Origin: Nitrospirota bacterium
GTDB lineage: Bacteria; Nitrospirota; Nitrospiria; JACQBW01
Reading direction: 5' to 3'
NCBI GenBank assembly: GCA_016194305.1
Contig: JACQBW010000008.1
Location: 85,684 to 149,683, forward strand
DNA length: 64,000 nt
The notes beneath the pieces are model-generated. The model did not search any database. It was not told where the DNA came from and saw nothing but the letters and a program-made list of their open reading frames with translations. The translations under genes were made by a program, and so were the position numbers. Positions 45,643 to 53,963 of this stretch are shown piece after piece (the first letter of the stretch is position 1; every line of letters begins with the position of its first letter).

Positions 45643-46951
45643 CCCGATTCATCCCTTTTTTAATTCTATTTTCACCAAGCTCATTCTGATTTTTATTTTG
45701 TCAGGCCTCTGCGTATTTCTCCTCTTGAAGAGTTTTAACCGGTACATGTTCAGGAGTACGGAAGACACCGCCTTGCGAAAGAGTGTGGTTCATTACCTGA
45801 CCTATCTGGTTCAGGATCTGGGGAGCCCCCCGGATCTGGATCGTGCAAAGGAGATTGCCGGGCAATCTTCCCTCAAGATTCGATATGAAAGTCCGGAATT
45901 GACCTGGTCCACGCCGGATTTTCCCGTTTTAGTTTCTCAACCCGAGTTTCATGTCTGGAAGGAGTATACGAATATTCGGGCGGGAAAGGGGCCCGGTTGT
46001 GTCCTTGTCGAATTGACCCAGGGAAATGGCAGATATCTCTTTGAGTTTACGCCAGCTTTTACCCGAGAAATCGGAAATATGGAGCCTCTGGTGGTCCTGA
46101 CCATTCTTTTGATGCTGGTCCTTCTTGCGACCTATTTTACGATTCGCGGGATCCTGAATCCGGTCAAAGGACTCACAATCGGTGTCGAGGAAGTGACCCG
46201 GGGTAATCTGGACTATCGGGTTCCCATCAAACGGTCTGACGAGCTGGGTCAACTGGCCAAGGCGTTTAACGCCATGACCGGCCGGATTCGAACAATGCTT
46301 CGCGCGAAGGAACAATTAATGCTGGATGTCAGCCATGAACTTCGATCTCCGCTGACCCGGATCAAGCTTTCTCTTCGATTGATACCTGAAAGCCGTATGA
46401 AGGAAAATATCCAGGAGGATGTCCTGGAAATGGAGAAAATGGTGACACAGTCTTTGGATGCCGCGAAAGAGAGCTTTATGCCGGGACAACTCAATCTTCA
46501 GCCGGTCGATCTCGCAGAGCTGATTGATCAGGTCATACCGCTATTCAAGAACCGGCATCCCGGAATTCAATGGGTTGAACGGCGCGACAAAATAGTGCTT
46601 CGGATTGACCCGGACAGGATCAAAAGCGTGATCAAAAATCTATTGGATAATGCGATCAAATATTCCGTGGAAGGGGGATCACCGATCAAGGTGTCGATTG
46701 AAAAAAGGGACTCTCGGGTGATCGTTCGTATTCAGGATCACGGGATCGGAATTCCCGCAGATGAGATTCCGCTGATTTTTGAGCCTTTTTACCGGGTGGA
46801 CAAATCCAGGTCCAAGGATACAGGTGGATTCGGATTGGGTCTGAGTCTTTGCAAATCGGTCATGGAAGCGCATCAGGGAGAAATCAAGATCGAAAGCGCT
46901 CACGAAATGGGGACCACCGTCTCCCTCCATTTTCCGGATATGAACGTCTGA
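45632..46951 (+). CDS. HAMP-domain sensor histidine kinase
   Basis: Two TM segments, DELGQLA.AFN.M, DVSHELRSPL, G boxes; probable start TTG 45632. Confidence 0.9.
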   Translation: MKNSPIHPFFNSIFTKLILIFILSGLCVFLLLKSFNRYMFRSTEDTALRKSVVHYLTYLVQDLGSPPDLDRAKEIAGQSSLKIRYESPELTWSTPDFPVLVSQPEFHVWKEYTNIRAGKGPGCVLVELTQGNGRYLFEFTPAFTREIGNMEPLVVLTILLMLVLLATYFTIRGILNPVKGLTIGVEEVTRGNLDYRVPIKRSDELGQLAKAFNAMTGRIRTMLRAKEQLMLDVSHELRSPLTRIKLSLRLIPESRMKENIQEDVLEMEKMVTQSLDAAKESFMPGQLNLQPVDLAELIDQVIPLFKNRHPGIQWVERRDKIVLRIDPDRIKSVIKNLLDNAIKYSVEGGSPIKVSIEKRDSRVIVRIQDHGIGIPADEIPLIFEPFYRVDKSRSKDTGGFGLGLSLCKSVMEAHQGEIKIESAHEMGTTVSLHFPDMNV

Positions 46952-46969
46952 CAAGAGGGTCAGGAATTT

Positions 46970-47305
46970 TTATTGCGAGTTGGATTCTTTCGTAATGCGG
47001 CGGAGCCTGGCAATCATTTTTTCTGTGGGTATCCGGTCCCCTTGCTGGTTTCCAACGTCAATCCCTTTTTTAAGAATAGCAATCAACTCGTCTCTTTTCC
47101 CCAGTTTATTTAAAACCTGAGTCAGAAGATAATAAGAGGCGGTATGATCCGGATTCAACTTCAAACCTTTTTTCAGGGTTTGCTCCGCTTCAATATCAAA
47201 CCCTTCCGTAAAATAAGCCTGTCCCAAACCAAAACAGGTTGTAGAATCCGTTGGATCGATGGCAAGAATGTTTTCAAATTTTATGATCCGGTCTGACTTT
47301 TCCAT
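46970..47305 (-). CDS. Small TPR protein
   Basis: DP.D....FGLG.AY, LNPDHTASY. Confidence 0.7.
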   Translation of the reverse strand: MEKSDRIIKFENILAIDPTDSTTCFGLGQAYFTEGFDIEAEQTLKKGLKLNPDHTASYYLLTQVLNKLGKRDELIAILKKGIDVGNQQGDRIPTEKMIARLRRITKESNSQ

Positions 47306-47399
47306 GAATTTGTTTTACAACTATTCTAAATGGGTCTGGACCCCAAAAGCCGTTACCTATAACATCCTCCTGAAATGGCATATCATGTATATCGTTGGA

Positions 47400-47615
47400 T
47401 TACGATCTGAAGAACCAGGGCAACCCGGATAAAATGATACCAATAATCACCATCTCATAAATATTGGATACTAAAAAAGGAAAAACGTTCAGGGCGACGC
47501 CTACCCACAATGGTGTCATTTTTCCTTGTCTCTTGCCATAGATAAAATATCCGACCCCGATCGTTCCAAATATCATTGAAAAGATTAACGTGGTTCCAAA
47601 ATCCATTTGGCTCAC
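47400..47615 (-). CDS. Small conserved-type membrane protein
   Basis: FG.IG.GYF.YGK.Q..FP pattern; hydrophobic helices. Confidence 0.65.
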   Translation of the reverse strand: MSQMDFGTTLIFSMIFGTIGVGYFIYGKRQGKMTPLWVGVALNVFPFLVSNIYEMVIIGIILSGLPWFFRS

Positions 47616-47797
47616 TATCTGATTTCGTTTGATGACAACTATTGGAAGTTAAATCAATGACTGTTTGAGTGGATTCTAAGTAAGTTTTGAGAAAAAGACA
47701 AGAATTGCCATTCTTTTTTTTTGACATTGCCTGAGCGATCAGTTCAAACTGAGAGAACCGCTCAGATCAATTTCAATCGGATAAGGAGAATCGGGTT

Positions 47798-50218
47798 TTG
47801 GAAAACTTGTTTCTGGGGAAGGAAGCGTTTGGTTATCCTGGTATTGCTCCCAAGTGGACCCGGAGTGAAAAAGAAGGGGTAGGAACCGCATATAACACCT
47901 CCAGCCGCATCTGGTTTACGCTCTCTCATGGCATTGTCAATGAAGTCTATTTTCCCACGCTGGATTCTCCTCAAATCCGGGACATGGAGTTTTTGATTAC
48001 GGATGGAGAGACTTTTTTTCATGAAGAAAAAAGGGATTTGATTTCCCAATTGGAATATCTGGATCAGGAATCGTTAGGCTATCGGATTATCAATTCAGAT
48101 CCGCACGGACGATACCAGATCGTCAAAGAAATCATTGCAGATCCCCATCTTCCTTCTCTTTTAATTCATACTCGCCTGGAAGGATCCGAACCGTTTTTAA
48201 AGAAGCTCCAACTATTTGTCTTAATGGCCCCCCATTTGGGTAAAGGGGGATGGGGAAACAACGCCGGAAAAATGGATGTCGCCGGGCAATCCCTTCTGGT
48301 CAGTTTTAGAATTCCTTATTTCCTTGCCCTCGGAACGACCCTTTCTTTCAAACGTTCATCCTGCGGATTTGTCGGGACCAGCGATGGATGGACGGATCTC
48401 CATGACAACTTTCAAATGGATTGGGAATTTGACTACGCCCGGGATGGCAATGTTGCGGTGATGGGAGAGGTCGATCTTTCCAAAGGGAGGGAGTTTACCG
48501 TGGGGCTCAGTTTCGGATTCGGCCTGCATGATGTGACAACCACTCTGTTGCAATCGTTAGGAATCCCTTTCCATGAACAGAAACAGCGTTTTCAGGAACA
48601 ATGGGAGCGTATTTGCTGCAATATTCTCCCTCTGGGAAAGGTTTCAGGCGATGGCGGCCGGCTTTACAATATCAGTCATAGCCTGCTGTTGGCGCATGAA
48701 GATAAAACCTTTCCGGGGGCCATGATTGCGTCGATGAGTATTCCCTGGGGAGAGATTCATGGAGATGCCGAAGGATTGGGTGGCTACCACCTCGTCTGGA
48801 CCCGGGATTTATGTCAAAGCGCCACAAGCCTTCTTGCAGCCGGCAATAAAGACACCCCTTTCAGAGCGCTGGTATACCTTGCTGCGTCACAGCTCCCCGA
48901 TGGGGGATTTTATCAGAATTTCTGGATCAATGGAGAGCCTTACTGGCAGGGAATTCAGCTGGATGAGGTCGCTTTTCCCGTTATTCTTGCCTGGCGGCTA
49001 AAAGAATTTAAAGCATTGAAGGATTTTGATCCTTACCCCATGGTTCTTAAAGCGGTGCGTTATTTGATCTGTCAGGGACCGGTAACGCCTCAAGAGCGCT
49101 GGGAAGAGAGCAGTGGGTATTCCCCTTCGACACTTGCGGCGAATATTTCCGCGTTGATCTGTGCAGCCGATTTTTCGCGTCAGCGAAAAGACGAAACAAC
49201 CGCACGCTTTCTGGAAGAATATGCGGACTTTCTGGAGTCGCATATCGAAGCCTGGACCGTGACAAACCAGGGAACGATTGTTCCGGGAATTGCCCGGCAT
49301 TATATTCGGATTCACCCGGTGGAAACCGATCAATCGGAACCGGATGAAGACCCGAATGGAGGAATCCTTTTTATTCCTAATCATGCCGCCGGCCACCGGG
49401 CTTATTATCCTGCCCGGGAGATTGTCGATGCGGGGTTTTTGGAATTGGTTCGTTACGGCATTCGGAAGGCGGACGATCCCTTGATCGAAGACTCTTTAAA
49501 GGTGATCGATACCGTGCTCAAGGTGGATACGCCGGCGGGACCCTGCTGGAGAAGATACAACCACGATGGTTACGGACAACGGCCTGATGGAGGTCCCTTT
49601 GATGGATGGGGAAAGGGGCGCGCCTGGCCTATTTTGACCGGAGAAAGAGGACATTATGAATTGGCCGCCGGCCGGGAAGTTCGCGATTTTGTCAAAGCAA
49701 TGGAGGGCTTTTCATCCAGAGGTGGCATGCTGCCGGAACAGATCTGGGACGAGCCAGACCTTTCTCAGGTGGGCCTTTTTCTGGGGCGTCCGACAGGATC
49801 CGCCATGCCCCTCATGTGGTCCCATGCGGAATACATCAAGTTGCTTCGGTCGGTCTATGATGGTGCTGTTTTTGAATTGATTGCGCCCGTTGCCGGTCGA
49901 TATCTGAGTGGAAAAGGGCGAAAAGATCTCGAGGTGTGGAAATTGAACCGGAGAGTGCGGTCAATCGCGCCTGGCCGCACCTTGCGGATTCAGGCTTCAT
50001 TTCCGTTTCGGCTTCACTACACGCTGAATGATTGGGTGACGAAGGGGGAATCCATAGCCCATTCCACATCAATCGATATCTTCTTTGCCGATCTCCCTGT
50101 TCCGGAGAGACAGAAAAAGTCGATTCACTTCACCTTCTATCGGACAGAAGAGGACCGATGGGAAGGAAAGGATTTTGTGGTCGAGATTCAACAGAATTCC
50201 ATAGGGGATTTGAAATGA
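47798..50218 (+). CDS. Glycoside hydrolase family 15 (glucoamylase/glucodextranase type)
   Basis: K.GVGT, SMSIPWG, GGYHLVWTRD, QLDEVA, QERWEE, RYNHDGYG, LPEQIWD, PLMWSHAEY. Confidence 0.93.
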   Translation: MENLFLGKEAFGYPGIAPKWTRSEKEGVGTAYNTSSRIWFTLSHGIVNEVYFPTLDSPQIRDMEFLITDGETFFHEEKRDLISQLEYLDQESLGYRIINSDPHGRYQIVKEIIADPHLPSLLIHTRLEGSEPFLKKLQLFVLMAPHLGKGGWGNNAGKMDVAGQSLLVSFRIPYFLALGTTLSFKRSSCGFVGTSDGWTDLHDNFQMDWEFDYARDGNVAVMGEVDLSKGREFTVGLSFGFGLHDVTTTLLQSLGIPFHEQKQRFQEQWERICCNILPLGKVSGDGGRLYNISHSLLLAHEDKTFPGAMIASMSIPWGEIHGDAEGLGGYHLVWTRDLCQSATSLLAAGNKDTPFRALVYLAASQLPDGGFYQNFWINGEPYWQGIQLDEVAFPVILAWRLKEFKALKDFDPYPMVLKAVRYLICQGPVTPQERWEESSGYSPSTLAANISALICAADFSRQRKDETTARFLEEYADFLESHIEAWTVTNQGTIVPGIARHYIRIHPVETDQSEPDEDPNGGILFIPNHAAGHRAYYPAREIVDAGFLELVRYGIRKADDPLIEDSLKVIDTVLKVDTPAGPCWRRYNHDGYGQRPDGGPFDGWGKGRAWPILTGERGHYELAAGREVRDFVKAMEGFSSRGGMLPEQIWDEPDLSQVGLFLGRPTGSAMPLMWSHAEYIKLLRSVYDGAVFELIAPVAGRYLSGKGRKDLEVWKLNRRVRSIAPGRTLRIQASFPFRLHYTLNDWVTKGESIAHSTSIDIFFADLPVPERQKKSIHFTFYRTEEDRWEGKDFVVEIQQNSIGDLK

Positions 50219-50808
50219 TCCATAAAAAAGCCGAAACGAAGTATGCCATTCATCCCATCCTTGCCGAACGATGGAGCCCCAGGGTCTTTGATCCCGATCG
50301 CCCGGTGGAGGACGATAAGATCCAGGCTTTGATGGAGGCGGTCCGCTGGGCCCCTTCTTCGAATAATGAACAGCCCTGGTCGTTTATACTTTTCAGTGAG
50401 AAAACAGCCTCTCTTCTTGTCCAGGCCAGGGAATGCCTTGCGAGAGGAAATAGCTGGGCCAAACAAGCACCCCTGCTGATTCTTTCCGTGGCAAGCACCC
50501 ATTTCTCGGAAAATGGAAAGGAGAATCGGCATGCTTTCCATGATGTCGGTCTTGCCACCGAAAATTTGTTGCTTCAATCGGTCGATCTGGGCCTGATTGC
50601 CCATCCCATGGCGGGATTTGACCTTCAAAAGGCGGTCAAGTTTTTTTCCATTCCGGAAAAGCATATTCCAGTCGCGATGATCGCCGTCGGTTACCCCGGC
50701 AACCTCGATAGCGTCCCGATCGAGTTGAGGGCAAGGGAACTCGCTCCCCGGAACAGGAAGGGTCCGGGCGAGTTTGTGTATAATGGCGCGTGGGGGAAAT
50801 CAGAATGA
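50215..50808 (+). CDS. Nitroreductase family protein
   Basis: RWSPR.F, WAPSS.NEQPW, H.MAGFD, VGYPG; ATG 50215 overlaps the GH15 stop. Confidence 0.9.
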   Translation: MIHKKAETKYAIHPILAERWSPRVFDPDRPVEDDKIQALMEAVRWAPSSNNEQPWSFILFSEKTASLLVQARECLARGNSWAKQAPLLILSVASTHFSENGKENRHAFHDVGLATENLLLQSVDLGLIAHPMAGFDLQKAVKFFSIPEKHIPVAMIAVGYPGNLDSVPIELRARELAPRNRKGPGEFVYNGAWGKSE

Positions 50809-50844
50809 AGCGTTTGATCTCATTTAACAGGAAAGGAAGGTGGC

Positions 50845-51264
50845 ATGTCTAAACCGCTCGAAACTTACAGGGGAACGGTTCACCCGTCAGAAATTGACCA
50901 TATGGGGCATATGAATATGAAATATTATGCCGAGAAATTTGACCGGGCCACCTGGAATATTTTGATCGCCATCGGTGTGAACAATGATTATATTCAAAAA
51001 ACCGGGAAGGGATGTGCCATTCTCGAAACGATTACGAAGTATCTTCAGGAGTTGTTTGCGGACACTTCAATCTATATTGAAACGGTCATTCTGGAGGTGA
51101 CACCTAAAAAACTTCGTGTTCTTCACAAGATGAAAAAAAGCGAAACAGGAGAAATTGTCGCCACAAGTGAAATACTCGGCATTCATTTTGATCTCAAACT
51201 TCGAAAAAGCTGTGAGATGCCTAAACAGATCTATGAGAGCGCCTTGTCCTATAAAGCGGCCTGA
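50845..51264 (+). CDS. Hotdog-fold thioesterase
   Basis: IDHMGHMN..YY..FD motif. Confidence 0.85.
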   Translation: MSKPLETYRGTVHPSEIDHMGHMNMKYYAEKFDRATWNILIAIGVNNDYIQKTGKGCAILETITKYLQELFADTSIYIETVILEVTPKKLRVLHKMKKSETGEIVATSEILGIHFDLKLRKSCEMPKQIYESALSYKAA

Positions 51265-51387
51265 AATCTTGGACGGTCTCGGCCGGTCATTAGAAATTGC
51301 CTTGTAAAAATGACTTAACTTCGATATGAATAATCGATCGTGGCAAGAAGGATGAAGACCTAGATCAGTCGGTTCATGGGATTATAG

Positions 51388-52197
51388 ATGGTCGGACAGT
51401 TTCGTGAGGTCAAACGGCATGCATTGTGGGTGAGGGTCTCTCACTGGTTCAATGTCGTCGCTCTTATTGTTCTGGTCATGAGCGGTTTCCAGATCTTTAA
51501 TGCCCATCCTCATCTTTATTGGGGAGATCGATCCGACCGCGACAAGTCCTTTTTTTCAATCCAATCCAAAATAACCGATGAAAATAAGGTGACAGGGGAA
51601 TTGGTCTTCCTGGGACATTCTTTTGATACGACGGGTTTTTTAGGTGTATCGGCGGGGAGGGATGGCGAGGTCATCCGGATCGCCTTTCCAGGCTGGGCCA
51701 CGATTCCGGGTGTTCAGTGGCTGGCAATGGCTCGCCGATGGCACTTCTTTTTTGCCTGGTTTTTTGCCGTGAACGGATTATTATTTTTTGTTTATAGTCT
51801 TTTTTTCGGACATTTCTTAAGAGATCTCTTTCCCCGGTTCAAGGAACTGGGTCAAATCAAGAGAAGCCTGATTGACCATCTCCTGTTCCGACATCCAAAG
51901 GGAGAAGAGGCCGCCCGGTACAATATTCTGCAGAAAGCGGCCTACCTGGGTGTTCTGTTTATTCTGGCCCCCCTGATCCTCCTAACCGGAATGGCGATGT
52001 CACCCCGAATCGATGCGATCTTTCCCTGGTTGCCCGACTTTTTTGGGGGACGACAGTCCGCCCGCTCGTTTCATTTTATGAGCTGTTTTCTTTTTGTCGG
52101 CTTCTTTTTGATTCATATTTTTATGGTATTGACCACCGGAGTTTTAAATAACCTAAGATCCATGATTACGGGCCGGTATCGGATTCAGGTCAAATAG
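51388..52197 (+). CDS. Cytochrome b subunit (HupC/YdhU-like)
   Basis: HW.N, SG.QIFNAHP, RRWHF, YN.LQK, ARS.HF, HIFMV. Confidence 0.87.
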   Translation: MVGQFREVKRHALWVRVSHWFNVVALIVLVMSGFQIFNAHPHLYWGDRSDRDKSFFSIQSKITDENKVTGELVFLGHSFDTTGFLGVSAGRDGEVIRIAFPGWATIPGVQWLAMARRWHFFFAWFFAVNGLLFFVYSLFFGHFLRDLFPRFKELGQIKRSLIDHLLFRHPKGEEAARYNILQKAAYLGVLFILAPLILLTGMAMSPRIDAIFPWLPDFFGGRQSARSFHFMSCFLFVGFFLIHIFMVLTTGVLNNLRSMITGRYRIQVK

Positions 52198-52233
52198 AAT
52201 CCTTTTCGCCCCACGTCAAAAAGGAATGGAAAT

Positions 52234-53004
52234 ATGGCAGACCAAAATAACTGGAACCGTCGTCATTTCATCCGGGGCGCCCTTCTGGGAATCGCAGCGC
52301 TTACACTGTCCGGATGCGATTATTTGAGCAGGAATAAGACCTTTAAAAAAATGTTAGGGCAGGCCGAAATACTCAACCGCAAACTGCAAAAAGCAATCAG
52401 ACCGAGAGCCGCGATGGCGAAAGAATTTTCTGAGGCGGACCTTACTCCGATTTTTCCCGTCAACGGGAACAGTAATCCTGAAAATGCGACCTATCAACAA
52501 CATTTGAGGGAGGGATTTAAAAACTGGAAATTACCGGTGACCGGGTTGGTCGAAAATCCCCTGATGTTTTCGCTGAACGAAATAAAGGAAATGCCCTCCC
52601 GGGTTCAAATCACCCGGCATGATTGCGTGGAAGGATGGAGCGCTATCGGAAAATGGAAAGGGGTGAAATTGGGAGATTTATTGGAGAAAGTGAGTCTGAA
52701 ACCTAATGCGCACTATGTCATTTTCCGTTGTGCCGATGCAGACGAGGACAACGTGGATTATTACGAAAGTATTGATCTCGAAGATGCTTTTCATCCTCAA
52801 ACAATTCTTGCCTATGAATTGAATGATAAATCTCTCCCGGTTGCCAATGGCGCACCGATTCGTTTGAGGGTGGAGAGACAACTGGGTTATAAAATGGCTA
52901 AATTTATCATGGCCATTGAGGTGTCAGATCGTCTCGATTTGATCGGAGAGGGTCGTGGGGGTTACTGGGAAGATCAGGGATATGAATGGTACGCTGGAAT
53001 CTAG
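52234..53004 (+). CDS. Molybdopterin oxidoreductase, sulfite oxidase/MsrP family, Tat-exported
   Basis: RRHFI twin-arginine, LSGC lipobox, HDCVEGWS, GAPIRL, GYK.AK, GYWED.GY. Confidence 0.9.
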   Translation: MADQNNWNRRHFIRGALLGIAALTLSGCDYLSRNKTFKKMLGQAEILNRKLQKAIRPRAAMAKEFSEADLTPIFPVNGNSNPENATYQQHLREGFKNWKLPVTGLVENPLMFSLNEIKEMPSRVQITRHDCVEGWSAIGKWKGVKLGDLLEKVSLKPNAHYVIFRCADADEDNVDYYESIDLEDAFHPQTILAYELNDKSLPVANGAPIRLRVERQLGYKMAKFIMAIEVSDRLDLIGEGRGGYWEDQGYEWYAGI

Positions 53005-53065
53005 TCCGGTTTGTGTCAGTGAATTCGTGACTTTCAACTAAACTATTTTACGGGGAGGAATACCC

Positions 53066-53731
53066 ATGGCAAAAAGAATCGGATTAGTGTTGTCCGGGTG
53101 TGGTGCTAAAGACGGATCAGAAATTCATGAATCGGTCATTGCGCTGCTGGCCATTGACCGAGGTGGCGCCACCCCAATGTTCATGGCTCCAAATATTAAC
53201 CAAACCAGTGTAATCAATCACCTGAACGGGGAGCTCTCTGAAGGAGAACAACGGAATATCCTTGTCGAATCCGCCCGGATCGCCCGGGGAAATATCGTTG
53301 ATTTGAAAAATGTGCATGCGACAGATTTCGAGGCACTAATTCTGCCCGGAGGGTTTGGCGCCGCATCCAATCTTAGCGATTTTGGAATAAAAGGTGAAAA
53401 TTGTCATGTTCAGCCGGAGGTTGCACGAATCATGAGGGAAACGCTTAAAGCTAAAAAACCGATTGGTGTCATTTGTATTGCTCCTTCGATCATGGCCAAG
53501 ATGGCTCAGGAGGCGGGTATCAAAATTAAGTTAACCATCGGCAATGATCCCGGAACCGCTACGAAACTCAAGTTAATGGGGATTGAACACGTTGAATGCC
53601 CTGTGACGGAGATTGTGATTGATAGGGAGCATAAAATCGTTTCGACCCCGGCCTACATGTTGGCCAACCGGATTTCAGAAACTGCTGAGGGAATTGAAAA
53701 ACTTGTTTCCGCGGTTATCGGCATGGCCTAA
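53066..53731 (+). CDS. elbB: ElbB (DJ-1/PfpI family glyoxalase)
   Basis: LSGCG..DGSEIHE, ESARIARG, PGGFGAA.NL, CIAP, STPAYM. Confidence 0.93.
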   Translation: MAKRIGLVLSGCGAKDGSEIHESVIALLAIDRGGATPMFMAPNINQTSVINHLNGELSEGEQRNILVESARIARGNIVDLKNVHATDFEALILPGGFGAASNLSDFGIKGENCHVQPEVARIMRETLKAKKPIGVICIAPSIMAKMAQEAGIKIKLTIGNDPGTATKLKLMGIEHVECPVTEIVIDREHKIVSTPAYMLANRISETAEGIEKLVSAVIGMA

Positions 53732-53963
53732 CTTGCGACAAAAGGCTATAAATTTTCCTCATAGCGTATTTGACTTAGAGATTGGAGCTCAATTCTCGTT
53801 TTGGCTTTAAAAGCGGGCATCAAATCCAGCTTGCGTACCCATCTAGGTCCTCAAATCCCTTATTTTTCAATCCTCCAATCCTTAATTTAAATTAGAGAAA
53901 TGCGCTTCGATCTTGAACTGGTGTATTTCGAAATCGGGGTTATACTTAAAGTGAAAAGGTCTC

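Noticed and set aside
50032..50214. N-terminal extension of the nitroreductase ORF
   Set aside because: Overlaps the GH15 C-terminus; the homologous region begins at ATG 50215.
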